In this document: one piece after another, positions 1-11,525 of the stretch
Layout: every line of letters begins with the position of its first letter
Numbering within the stretch: position 1 is the first letter of the stretch
Source of the DNA: Octopus sinensis
Taxonomy: Eukaryota
Length of the DNA: 37,430 nt
Direction of reading: 5' to 3'
Assembly (NCBI RefSeq): GCF_006345805.1
Contig: NW_021835952.1
Location: forward strand, 1-37,430
Program-made: the position numbers and the translations under genes
The notes under the pieces: generated by a model
What the model was told of the DNA's origin: nothing
What the model saw: only the letters and a program-made list of their open reading frames with translations
The model's database searches: none

Positions 1-130
1 AATTTCCACTTATTTCTTATTTTTATTTTCTAAAATTTTCGTTGCGTCTTGCAACCTTTTCAATAGTCTTGACTCTTGAAAGACTATTGGAAAGGTTGCA
101 AGACGCAACGAAAAGAAATAAGTGGAAATT
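1..130. repeat. Near-perfect palindrome / foldback
   Basis: Arms 36-70 and 80-114 are reverse complements at 34/35 nt around a 9-nt loop. Outer arms 1-17 and 114-130 also pair; the left arm carries about 18 extra nt. Confidence 0.9.
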
Positions 131-345
131 TTACCTGTGAGTGTGTTAAATAATAAGGCACAAAAGAGAATGACTCTCCCCAGACATAACAGAATATGTT
201 CACCACACACTAACTCATATAAAGAATCTTGCAAGCCAAATCCAAAAACGAAATATATATATATGGTACAAAAATACAGACATATATATTCATGTGTGTG
301 TATGCATGTATAAAAAAGTACATACTCATATGCACATATATATAC

Positions 346-398
<53 letters not shown>

Positions 399-450
399 TA
401 GATATATATAGATAGATAGAGATAGATAGATACATACATACATACATACA

Positions 451-499
<49 letters not shown>

Positions 500-743
500 A
501 TCCAAACAAGAAAGCACAAAAAAAAACAACAACGTGAGGACGTGGAACAAATATAGTATTATTGGACGCTCAGGAAAGAAGGAAAGAATATATATATATA
601 TATATAACACGTGTCGTTATTCTACAAATTATATACGTTATTATTATTATTTTTTTGCAATTTACTTAATCATTGACATTTTATTGTTATTTTGATTTTA
701 ATATTTCTATTATATGTATTTTCTAGATGGTGTAATTTCATTG

Positions 744-878
744 TTCATGTTGAATTGATAAAAGGTGGGTTTTTTTTCTAATTTGTCATATATATATTAT
801 ATTGTGTGAAATTTGATTTAGCATTTCTAAATTGAATTTTTTTCCTTGTAAATCTTGGATTTTATTCCCTCAAATAAT
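744..878 (+). repeat. Dispersed ~135-nt repeat, copy 1 (copy 2 at 12757-12889)
   Basis: Both sites share ttcatgttgaattgataaaaggtgggttttt...ttccctcaaataat. Confidence 0.85.
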
Positions 879-1314
879 ATATATATATATGAGGAAAACG
901 AAAATAACACAAGAAAATAAACACCAACGCGAGGGCGTGGTACATGCATTTCATGAATATGAGGTTAAAAATAAATTTGAACACCTTTCCTCATATTCAC
1001 TATTTTCCTTGACATAAAAGACTTTTGTCCGTACATCCATACATATAATGTTGGTTAAAATCTATAGACGTATTCTGTAATATCGGAAAAAAAAAACATT
1101 GATATGGCACCACTTGGAATTCATAAATGGAAGTAGCTTTGTGATAAACTAGTGAATAGAATTAAGTTCTATAATAATAACTGTTACAACTATTTGACTT
1201 TTAAGCCCATGGAAGGATACAGAGGGTAGTCATGGAATTGGTTGTTGGGATCCCAGCATAGGATTGAAACTTATCCGGTTGATCTGTCATTTCTGTCTAG
1301 AGAGATATTCATAT

Positions 1315-1536
1315 CTACTCTAGGCACAAGGCCCGAAATTTTGGGTGATGGGGCCAGTCGATTAGATCGACCCCAGTGCGTAACTGGTACTTTATTTATC
1401 GACCCCGAAAGGATAAAAAGCAAAATCGGCCTCGGTGGAATTTGAACTCAGAACGTAAAGACAGACGAAATACCTATTTCTTTACTACCCACAAGGGGCT
1501 AAACACAGGACAGACAAAGGGGTTAAGTCGATTACA
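1315..1536 (-). mobile_element. SINE family B (aggcggcg.../ttctgagttcaaattccgccgaggtcgac type), composite partial copy
   Basis: Reverse complement matches the copies at 5094, 7636, 9351 and 33103. Confidence 0.8.
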
Positions 1537-1619
1537 TACATACATACATAAATTGATAATGCATACATGCATACATGTATATAGATATAGATATATAAGT
1601 GTGTGTGTGTGTGTGTATG

Positions 1620-1651
<32 letters not shown>

Positions 1652-1699
1652 TATGTATTTATATGCGTATAGACATATATACATATGTATATGTATATA

Positions 1700-1900
1700 T
1701 CTCTTATATAAAATCCGTTCTGTCTGTCTGTCTGTCTGTGTGGCTTCTAGGATCTCGGGCATCCTTCATCCGATTGCGCTCAAATTTGATATGTAGACGA
1801 TATCAGGGCGTGTATAAGTCTTGAAAAAATTACAAAAATCGATTCCAGGTGAGAATGCGATCGATAAAGCCGTGGGAAATCGTTTTTCTTTGGAATAGAA
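1700..1900 (+). mobile_element. Probable 5' part of a non-autonomous Helitron-like element
   Basis: Starts TC (tctcttatataaaa) and is followed by a (GTCT)n tract and ccgattgcgctcaaatttg, an arrangement typical of Helitron/HINE 5' ends. No 3' hairpin-CTRR end found. Confidence 0.45.
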
Positions 1901-2045
1901 AAAAAAGTCTATCGTTATTTCTTCTTTTGCTGGTGTCTCAAATTTAGATTAAATCAGTGTTTCCCAAGGGGAGGCCTATGGGACGGTCGGACAAGTTGTT
2001 TTTTGAAAATTTGGTTTAAATGTTTTGCTCGTATATATAAATAAA

Positions 2046-2078
<33 letters not shown>

Positions 2079-2634
2079 TATATTATATATAATATATATA
2101 TATATCTATATATAATATATATATAATATAAGTATTATATATATATATATATATATATACTATATATATATATATTATATATATATATATAATATATATA
2201 TGTATATATATATAATATTCATAGAGCAGTGTTTATCACTCACACAATGACGTGCCGGTACACAAGTGCTGCTGGAGCATATCTATTTATATAATTATAT
2301 ATATGGTAGTATTTTATTTAATAGTATGATAGGAAAAGCTCAGCAACTACACTGTGCTTGCTACCAATGCACAGAAACAATTGTAGCGATTTGTGATTAA
2401 AGCATCTTCATTCCATCTTGTTTTATATAATTGTGCGCGGGTGTGTGTATGTGTGTGTGTGTGGTGTGTGTGTGTACTGCCTGTTGTGTGCGCTTGAAAA
2501 TAATACATTCTTATGAGAGAGTGTATGCATACATATACACACGCAGACTCACGTAGACACAAGTGGACACACAACACACAGATTTCGCATGTATGTATGT
2601 AAGTATATATATGTGTGTATATAATATATATATA

Positions 2635-2676
<42 letters not shown>

Positions 2677-3209
2677 TATATATATATAATGTATATATAT
2701 ATATATATGCCTGTATGTATATTAGCGTGTATGTATCAGCGTGTGTTTGTACGTGTTTACGCAGCTACCAGAGATACACTTTCTCGTAGAATTAATCTAA
2801 AGTGTCATGAAAGCGAGGAACGAGGGCCGACGGCGGAGAAAGGAGAGGAGGGCACGGACGTGGAATGGGATTACATACTACAAGGCTTTCTTTGTAATGT
2901 TATACAGGGTCCAGATTGTTAAGATATCAAACCTAAAAGCTCCTACTGCGTATGTATATATACAACACAGATTCCCAAATACGCGAACACACACAGACTT
3001 CGAAGTTACACACGTACATTATAATTCGTCGTTTCAGCAAAGGAGCCCCACATATTAATGTTTTGTCTTCTTATGGCTGTAAAAAGTTGTGAAGATTTAA
3101 TATTTTAGTTTAGGGTTTCTAACATCAAATAAAAATGTCTGCCCACTTGTATAAACATACATTATCGCTGCTAAACAGTGTCAGCTTTCTCTTATATATG
3201 TTGTTACAT

Positions 3210-3226
3210 GTATGTATATATATATA

Positions 3227-3259
<33 letters not shown>

Positions 3260-3915
3260 ATGTATGTATGTATGCATGTATGCATGTATGTATGTATGTA
3301 TGCATGCATGCATGTATGTATGTACGTATGTATGCATGCATGTATGTATGTATGCATGTATGTATGTATGTATGTATGTAGTATGTATGTATGTATGTAT
3401 GTACGTATGTATGTATGTATGTATGTACGTATGTATGTATGCATATATGTATGTATGTCTGTATGTACGGAGGATGGATAGATTTATGTATGTATGTATG
3501 TATGTATGTATGTATGTATTTATGTATGTATGTATGCATATATGTATGTATGTATGCATATATGTATGTATGTACGTATGTATGTATGCATTATGTATGC
3601 ATGCATGCATATATGTATGTATGTATGCATGTATGTATGTATGTATGTATGTATGTAAGTATGCATGTATGTATGCATGTATGTATGTACGTACGTATGT
3701 ATGTATGCATGCATGTATGTATGCATGTACGTAAGGATGTATGTATGTATGTACGTAAGGATGTATGTATGTATGTATGTATGCATGCATGTATGTATGC
3801 ATGCATGCATGTATGTATGTATGTATGTACGTGTGTATGTATTAATGTATGTATGTATGTATGTATGGATGGATGGATGGATGGTTGGATGGATGGATGG
3901 ATGGATGGATGGATG
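3210..3915. repeat. (TATG)n/(CATG)n array followed by (TGGA)n
   Basis: Direct inspection. Confidence 0.95.
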
Positions 3916-3996
3916 GTTATATCTACGTATGAAACTGTGTGCTCGTATATATACGTAGAAGTATATGTGTGTGTCTATGTGTGTATGTGTTGTAAA

Positions 3997-4312
3997 GGCG
4001 CATGGCTCAGTAGTTAGAGCGTCGGACTTATGATCGTGAGGCTGTGAGCTCGAATACCTGACCGGGCTACGTGCTGTGGTATTGAGCAAGACACTTTATT
4101 TCACATTGCTCCAGTTCATTCAGCTGTAGAAATGAGTTGCGACGTCACAGGTGCCAAGCTGTATCGGCCCCTTTGCCTTTCCCTTGGATAACACTGGTGG
4201 CGTGGATAGGGGAGGCCGCATGGGCGACTGCTGGTCTTCCATAAACAACCTTGCCCGGTCTTGTGCCTTGGTAACTCTCTAGATGCAATCCCATGTCGTG
4301 ACCGAAGGGGGT
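3997..4312 (+). mobile_element. tRNA-derived SINE family C
   Basis: A-box-like tggctcagtagttag and B-box-like gctcgaatacc, then a core gagcaagacactttatttcac.ttgctccagt.ca.tcagc shared with the family D copy. Confidence 0.75.
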
Positions 4313-4489
4313 CTCAGAATGTGTGGGTGTTATATGTATATAGTGTGTGTGTCTATGTATTCATATATTTATTTGTGTATGTATGCAACACGCATAAGTA
4401 CAGATATCTGTGTATGTTTTCATGAATTTTATCTGTATACATAGATGTGCACGTCCGTGTGTGTGTGTGTACTGTAATCATGGCTCTGC

Positions 4490-4786
4490 GTCAGTTGCGA
4501 CGACGAGTGTTCCAGTCGATCCGATCGACGGAGCCTGAAAAGAACGTGCAAGTGGTTGAGCACTCCACAAAAACGTTTACCCTTTAACGTGGTTCTCAGC
4601 GTGACACAGAATGTAACAAGGTTTGATCCATTTAAAATACAGGTACATCTCATTTTTGCCGGCTGAGTGGACTGGAGCAACGTGAAAATAAAGTGTCTTG
4701 CTCAAGGACACAACGCGCCGCCTGGAATCGAACTCACGGTCTTACGATCGTGAGCCGAATACCCTTACCAACTAGGTCACGCGCCT
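4490..4786 (-). mobile_element. tRNA-derived SINE family D (core shared with family C)
   Basis: Minus strand reads gcgtgacctagttggtaagg...gagttcgattcc...ccttgagcaagacactttattttcacgttgctccagtccactcagc. Confidence 0.75.
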
Positions 4787-4880
4787 TCACACATACACCT
4801 ACGTTCCCCACGAGGTACATTACGGATTTGGGGGCTATTTTTCATGAAGGCGCTCAAGGAATATTCTTACAAAATAATGA

Positions 4881-5310
4881 AGTGTTGGCAGAATCGTTAA
4901 AGCATCGGAGTATATGCTTTACATTATTCGCTCCGAACCTTTACATTCTGAGTTCGAATCCCGCCGATGTCAACATTACCTTTCATCCTTTATGATCCGA
5001 TAAAATAAACTACCATCCATGTACTGTGGTCTATATCACTGAGTGGTCCCTCCACCAAACAGTTTTTTCTGGAGCCTACACTAGCAATGTGGTAAGGCGG
5101 CGAGCTGGAAGAATCGTTAGCACGGCGGACGAAATGCTTAGCAGTATTTCGTCTGCCACTACGTTCTGAGTTCAAATTCCGCCGAGGTTGACTTTGCCTT
5201 TCATCCTTTCGGGGTCGATTAAATAAGTACCAGTTACGCAGTGGGGTCGATGTAATCGACCTGCTCTCTTCCCTAAAAAATTTTCAAGGCTTATGCCCAG
5301 AGTAGAAATA
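4881..5310 (+). mobile_element. SINE family B: a partial copy (4881-5010) and a near-full copy (5094-5310)
   Basis: aaggcggcgagctggaagaatcgttagcac...ttctgagttcaaattccgccgagg, matching the other B copies. Confidence 0.85.
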
Positions 5311-5423
5311 ATTATTATAAATGTGGTAGTGTGTGTGTGTGTGTGTGCTTCCAAATTAATGTTAACCGAAGTAAACGTTGTTATAACACAGGGCATAACT
5401 TACCTAAACACATAGATGAGCGC

Positions 5424-5469
<46 letters not shown>

Positions 5470-5653
5470 ACATGTATACCTGTGTGTACACCTCTGTGTA
5501 TCTACTTATCTATCCACATGCGTTTATGTCTGTGTGTGTGTGTATGTGAGAGAGAGAGAGGGGGGGATTTATGTTCAGTTATAATAAAAACAATTTGGGT
5601 AAGTCGATACTTTTGTAGAGTACAAATTTATTACTTTTAATCAAGAATATTTT

Positions 5654-5739
5654 TGACAGCGACTTAGAAGTTTCGGCCAGTTAAGCCATGGTCGGATTGC
5701 CTTTCGGCTAAACTGGCAGGAATTTCGAAGTCACTGTCA
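5654..5739. repeat. Imperfect inverted repeat whose arms resemble hammerhead 3' halves
   Basis: Arms 5654-5687 and 5706-5739 match at 28/34 nt. Each arm reads GGC-7nt-GCC-GAAA-CTT(CG/CT)AAGTC-(A/G)CTGTCA, with substitutions in the right arm. Confidence 0.6.
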
Positions 5740-5787
5740 GTAATGTTCTTGTTTCAAATTACTTAAATGCATACATTAAATACATTT

Positions 5788-6246
5788 GGATCTTTTCAGT
5801 TTGACCGGCAGTTTTTTCTAGCGGTGTCATATGAAATTGTAACCCATAATTATGACTCTAATATCGATCTATTGTATTTCAATCTGTTTTAGGGTTAGAG
5901 TTAGTTAGGGTTAGAGTTAGGGCTAGGGTTAGGGTTAGGGTTAGGGGTGGGGGGAAGGGTATCTCTTTTTTCTTCAGAAATGTAAATAAACCCAATCTGT
6001 TTCTTAAACGAGGGACATTTTCATACGGCACAGAATGTTTTCATCTCAATAGACGTCATTGATTCGTCGAAATTGCAGAAATTGAAGAAGAAAAAACAAA
6101 AAAATATCTTACAAACTATAGAATTTTCTCAATAAAGCCAAGAGAAAAAGATGTTTTATAAACACATTCTACCGGTATACGAAGTTTAAAAGTGTTAGTT
6201 ACTTAGAAATTATTTTAAAAAGCTGCCGTTCAAACCGAAAAGATCC
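5788..6246. mobile_element. MITE / non-autonomous DNA transposon with an internal telomeric repeat
   Basis: 30-bp terminal inverted repeats (5788-5817, 6217-6246; 27/30 match). A 7-bp direct repeat TACATTT sits immediately outside both ends (5781-5787, 6247-6253). Confidence 0.85.
5889..5946 (+). repeat. Interstitial telomeric (TTAGGG)n with TTAGAG/CTAGGG variants
   Basis: ttagggttagagttagttagggttagagttagggctagggttagggttagggttaggg. Confidence 0.9.
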
Positions 6247-6303
6247 TACATTTATATATATATATGTTCATATGCACACACACACACACACACACACATA
6301 CAC

Positions 6304-6339
<36 letters not shown>

Positions 6340-6679
6340 GAAGCAAACGCATACACACATACAAACACACAAAGAAACAATCGCATACACATACACAAAC
6401 ACACACATATAGTAGAACGGAGAAGTGACTACTTTCTTATTCGGCGCGTATGACAGAGTGGAATGGTTATGAAATTACCAGTTGAACGTCTGGGTGACAC
6501 GAACTGTCTACGATTTCAACTTTGACAACAGAAAAGTAATATCTAATTACAATAAGCTTAAGATGACAACGAAGATCAACCTTTAGCACCGGGGGTGACA
6601 AATAATTGGGTTTCCTTTCAGCTGTATGAAACTTCAGTCGCTGGTAGTTAACTAGAATCACAAATATTAGAATTTAATA

Positions 6680-7100
6680 CGTACATACATACATACATAC
6701 ATACATACGTAGTACGTACGTACATACATATATATACATACATACATATATACATACATACATACATACATACAAATATACATACATGCATACATACGTT
6801 GTACGTACATACATACATACATACATACAGACATACATACATACATACGTAGTACGTACATACATTATACATACATACATATATACATACATACTACTAC
6901 AAAATACATACATGCATACATACGTAGTACGTACAATACATACATACATACATACATACATACTTACTACAACATACATACATACATACATACACACCTT
7001 ACATACACATATATATATAATACATACTATACATACATACATACATACATACATACATACATACATACATACATACACACATGTACGTACATGCATACAT
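6680..7100. repeat. (TACA)n array
   Basis: Direct inspection. Confidence 0.95.
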
Positions 7101-7101
7101 A

Positions 7102-7437
7102 AGTAGGCTGGATATTGTTGTTCGGGACAGAAGGAGTAAAGTATATACATCCTTAGAGATCAGATCCCCTGCTGATGTGAATGTTTCTTCGAAAATCAGA
7201 GAGAAGGAGAATTACTATGGACATCTGCGTCGAAACCTCCAGCTTCTTTCTCCCCAAATTATAAATTCACATTTATACCAATAATAATTGGTGCACTTAT
7301 ATTTGTTAGTAAATGTCAAAGAAACAACCTGGATAAGCCGGGGTTTCCAGAAAAAGAAATCAACTCACACATTATAAATGCAATTTGTGAGCGGAACAGC
7401 AAAATTATGCGAGAATTTTCTCAAGATAAAAATTTGA
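7102..7437 (+). pseudogene. 5'-truncated RLE-type non-LTR retrotransposon (R4/Dong-NeSL-like), PD-(D/E)XK endonuclease C-terminus, frameshifted
   Basis: Translates across frameshifts as SRLDIVVRDRRSKVYTSLEIRSPADVNVSSKIREKENYYGHLRRNLQLL / FTFIPIIIGAL / MQFVSGTAKLCENFLKIKI*. This fits the RPD...IE...P...K-E and PIIIGALG motifs of RLE LINEs. Confidence 0.75.
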
Positions 7438-7635
7438 ATTTGTTTTTTATCCTTATATTCCAATGATGAGCTTTGTATCTCTGTTAGAAATCAGCTTCTT
7501 TCTTACAGGAATACTTCAAGAAAATTAAAACAGAAGAGAACATACAATATGGGCAAGTATCTTCTACCGTAACCAAGAGCCGACCAATGCCTTATGAGGG
7601 AATTTGGTACACAGAAACTGTGCAGAAACCCGTCA

Positions 7636-7955
7636 AATTCCGCCGAGGTCGACTTTGACCTTCATCCTTTCAGGGTCGATAAATTAAGTACCAGTTACGC
7701 ACTGGAGTCGATATAATCGACTTAATTCGTCTGTCTGTCCTTGTTTGTCTCCTCTGTATTTAGCTCCTTGTGGGTAGTAAAGAAATAGGTATTTCGTCTG
7801 TCTTTACGTTCTGAGTTCAAATTCCACAAGATCCACTTTGGCTTTCATTCTTTCGGGGTCGATAAATTAAGTACCAGTGACGTACTGAGGTCGATCTAAT
7901 CGACTGCCACCCTCCCCAAAAATTCCGGGCCTTGTGCCTAGGGTAGAAAAGAATT
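7636..7955 (+). mobile_element. SINE family B, two tandem 5'-truncated units
   Basis: The segment (g)tcaaattcc...tttcatcctttc.gggtcgataaattaagtaccag occurs twice. Confidence 0.85.
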
Positions 7956-8149
7956 TCATACTGTATCCTCTGAGCTCTATATTAAAGCTTCGATGTCAAT
8001 ATAGAACACCAAGAAAACAAGAATATCTCTTAGCTTTACTGCTCCATGTACGTCTATATATCTTGACTGCTAATTTAAAACTTAGATGATGCTTCTGAAC
8101 CTTCAAAGGTTAGTTTTAGTAGATGGATCTTAAGATCTGTTTATGGGTG

Positions 8150-8600
8150 CCTTTCCAAAAAGTGACCACGGAGATGATAATTTTGCAATGTTAAATGCCT
8201 TTGCGAAATCAATAACTACTATATGCGAAGAGCTGTGGGATTCTGTAGACTTTTCGATTATTGTTCGAAGCAGATGATCCTTCGAGTTGATAAGCAGTTT
8301 TGAAAGCTGGAATGCGTTAGTGTAGATCGATTTTGGTCCTGTCAGTAATGACTAAGGAGATATATGGGTGTATATTTAAAGTAATGTCTAAGATCTTCTT
8401 ACTTGTTCGAAACAGCGATAACTTTGAAAGACTGAAGCAGAAATCCCGTTTAAAAAAATCATGCTGGATAGAGTAGTAATTGCTTTTAAAATTACTTGGC
8501 CCCACCATTGTGGACGGATTTAATCAATTCTTGGGATGTTACCAGACAACAGTAGATTAATTTTGCGTTGAGTTACTTCGTGAAGGCTGGACAGTATATC
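8150..8600 (-). pseudogene. Decayed LINE reverse transcriptase fragment (RTE-like)
   Basis: Minus strand LRTIIEKSTESHSSSHIVVIDFAKAFN resembles the RTE RT motif LRxIIEKxxE...FIDFxKAFD. Surrounding frames are broken by stops. Confidence 0.55.
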
Positions 8601-8745
8601 TGGTGGTGAGTTATGTGCTTGTCCAAGATAAGGATTTTCATTAAATTGAGGAGCACAAATCCATTCTTTATTCCTCGGCCAACTGAGCGTCTGTTTCTCG
8701 TAACTGTTTCAATTCTAGCGTGGAATTCGTTCTCTGAAGATGGAT

Positions 8746-8970
8746 AGTGGCTGTGTGGTAAGTAGCTTACCAAACATTGCTTGACAACCAGTGTTAGTGT
8801 GCTTACGTCACTTTAACTTAGCGGTTCGGCAAAAGGAATCGATAGAATAAGCATTCGGCTTTAAAGCAATAAGTCCTGGGGTCGGTTTGTTCGACTGAAA
8901 CCCTTTAAGGCGATGCTCCAGCATGGCCGCAGTCAAATGACTGAAGCAAGTAATAGAATAAAAGAATAAG
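8746..8970 (+). mobile_element. SINE family A, internally deleted copy
   Basis: Head agtggctgtgtggtaagtagctt joins directly to the tail aacattgcttgacaacc...gctccagcatggccgcagtcaaatgactgaa; the middle and microsatellite are missing. Confidence 0.8.
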
Positions 8971-9350
8971 GTAAACTTCCCGCTGGTAAAAAAAAAAATC
9001 TATAAACTCACAATTCTGTCTCTCCTAATATATTTTTCCGTATCTGACATTTCAGCCTCATCACATGACTCGACTATGTTATCCAGCAAGTCCACAACTA
9101 CTTGTGTGCATGCTTCAAAGTTCTCACGTGACAGGCCTTCAAATTAGCTAGCATAGCCTGGTCCATTGTCTGATGTAAGGAAGATGCCATCTTGAATATA
9201 TACTCCACTCTACTATTATCGGAAAAGTCGTTTAAATTCACTGGATTGTTCATTCTGTTGACCACTTGACCTAATTTTCAATCTACGCACTGGTAGTTAC
9301 CCTCTGTAGACGTTACAAAGGTTTATGTTTTGTAATATGGCTTTTTTCTG

Positions 9351-9583
9351 AAGGCGGCGTGCAGGCTGAACCGTTAGCAAGCCGGGCGAAATGCGTAGCC
9401 GTATTTCGTCTGCCGCTACTTTCTGAGTTCAAATTCCGCCGAGGTCGACTTTGCCTTTCATCCTTTCTGGGTCGATGAATTAAGTACCAGTTGCGTACTG
9501 GGGTCGATGTAATCGACTTAATCCGTTTGTCTGTCCTTCTTTGTCCCCTCTGTGTTTAACCCCCTTATGGGTAGTAAAGAAAT
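9351..9583 (+). mobile_element. SINE family B, full copy
   Basis: aaggcggcg...ttctgagttcaaattccgccgaggtcgac...gggtagtaaagaaata. Confidence 0.9.
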
Positions 9584-9750
9584 AAATATGGCTGTTTTTA
9601 TTCGGTATCAAACTTGGTAAAAGTAGTTCAATTTCAACGTGATCCCATTACGATTCTTGCCAGAGATTTCAGTCAACTTGGTATTCTTTCCTCGGTCAGT
9701 TTGCATTAGGATAATGTGCTGTAATGTACGCTTTCGTAATGAAATACAAC

Positions 9751-9937
9751 CAGGAGTGACTGTGTGGTAGGTAGCTTGTTTACCAACCACATGGTTTCGG
9801 GTCCAGTCCTACTGCGTGGCACCTTGGGCAAGTGTCTTCTACTCTTGCCTCGGGCCGACCAGTGCCTTGTGAGTGGATTTGGTAGACGGAAACTGAAAGA
9901 AGCCCGTCGTATATATGTATATATATATATATATATA

Positions 9938-9989
<52 letters not shown>

Positions 9990-10229
9990 AATGTGTGAGT
10001 ATATATATGCTGTGTATCTGTGTTTGTCGCCCCAACATCGCTTGACAACCGATGCTGGTGAGTTTACGTCCCCGTAACTTAGCGGTTCGGCAAAAGAGAA
10101 CGATAGAATAAGTACTAGGCTTACAAAGAATAAGTCCTTCGGGTCGATTTGATTCTACTAAAGGCTGGGCTCCAGCATGGCCGCAGTCAAATGACTGAAA
10201 CAAGTAAAAGAGTAAAAGAGTAAAAGAGT
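9751..10229 (+). mobile_element. SINE family A (tRNA-derived, internal TA/TG microsatellite), full copy
   Basis: A-box tgtgtggtag, B-box-like ggtccagtcc, core ccttgggcaagtgtcttctact, internal (TA)n(TG)n and a (GTAAAAGA)n tail. Confidence 0.9.
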
Positions 10230-10564
10230 AACAGTAAAGATGGACAATATGAAACTGGAAGGAAAGCAGTGAAGGTCAGCGACGGTAAAAGGGAATGGTC
10301 GTGTTACTTCAAACGCTTGAATGGGTTTGAGAAAAATGAGAGAATGAGAAAGGTTATGGCTTTGTTTGTCAAAGATTCGATATGAATGATGCGTGAGGAA
10401 GTATTGTATGAATAGTGTTAGTGACAAGACCTTGGATGAAATGTGGAGTATAAAGAAAAGGCAAGGTCAGTTGAATCGGTGCACGCACAATCGAAGTGAA
10501 CAAAAGCAAGACGGGAGTAGGGTAGAGGGAAGGATGAGGTGTTTGCAAGAATATCGAAAGCAAT

Positions 10565-10780
10565 CTCTTTTACTCTTTTACTCATTTACTTGTTTCAGTC
10601 ATTTGACTGCTGCCATGCTGGAGCACCGCCTTTAGTCGAGCAAATCGACCCCAGGAATTATTCTTTGAAAGCCTAGTAGTTATTCTATCGGTCTCTTCTG
10701 TCGAACCGCTAAGTTACGGGGACGTAAACACACCAGCATCGGTTGTCAAGCGATGTTGGGGGGACAAACACAGACTCACA

Positions 10781-10832
<52 letters not shown>

Positions 10833-11005
10833 CATATATACGACGGGCTTCTTTTCAGTTTCCGTCTACCAAATCCGCTCACAAGGCTTTGGTCGGCCCG
10901 AGGCTATAGTAGAATACAATTGCCCAAGGAGCCACACGGTAGGACTGAACCCGAAACCATGTGGTTGGTAAGCAAGCTACTTACCACACAGTCACTCCTG
11001 CACCT
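10565..11005 (-). mobile_element. SINE family A, full copy, inverted relative to 9751-10229
   Basis: Reverse complement of the same family consensus. Confidence 0.9.
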
Positions 11006-11209
11006 ATATGAAAAATATTTTTTAATAGCTTTAAGAGAAAATACAATTACTTTCAAGAAATTGAATTGCTAGGCTGCAAGCGAGCAAAATACACAGAGAG
11101 TAGAGATTAAAAACTCACAAGTGGAGCAGTCGGACATATTGAAGTAATACATTGATTGTATAAACATTTAAAGACGATATATTGTACATACATACATACA
11201 TACATACAT

Positions 11210-11250
<41 letters not shown>

Positions 11251-11326
11251 AATACGTACATACGAATTGTCATGTTAGTCTCTGTTAATGTTAAAATTTA
11301 CAGTTTCCATAAAATAGTAGACATAC

Positions 11327-11525
11327 GCGCAGGCGTCGCTGTGTAGTAAGGTGCTTGTTTCTCAACCACATGGTACTGAGTTCTATCCCACTGCGATACA
11401 CCTTGGGCAAGTGTCTTCTACTATAGCCTCAAGCTGACCGAACCCTTTTGAGTGGATTTGGTTGACGGAAACTGAAAAAAGCCCGTCTCATATATCTGTG
11501 TATGTGTGGGTGTGTGTGGGTGTAT
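11327..11525 (+). mobile_element. SINE family A, 5' half
   Basis: Matches the family head up to the internal microsatellite, then stops. Confidence 0.8.

Noticed and set aside
3997-4075. SINE heads as tRNA genes
   Set aside because: A/B boxes are present but there is no acceptor stem or valid cloverleaf, and they continue into SINE bodies.
3125-4089. Long ORFs of 189-225 aa (HTYI/MYVC repeats)
   Set aside because: Translations of (TATG)n, which has stop-free frames; no coding signal.
6479-6519. Possible 41-nt minus-strand exon (VEIVDSSCHPDVQL) with AG/GTAATT borders
   Set aside because: No recognisable protein and no partner exons; such splice-like sites occur by chance.
9130-9200. Minus-strand SDNGPGYAS resembling an integrase SDNG motif
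   Set aside because: Single short motif followed by a stop; no other integrase residues recognised.
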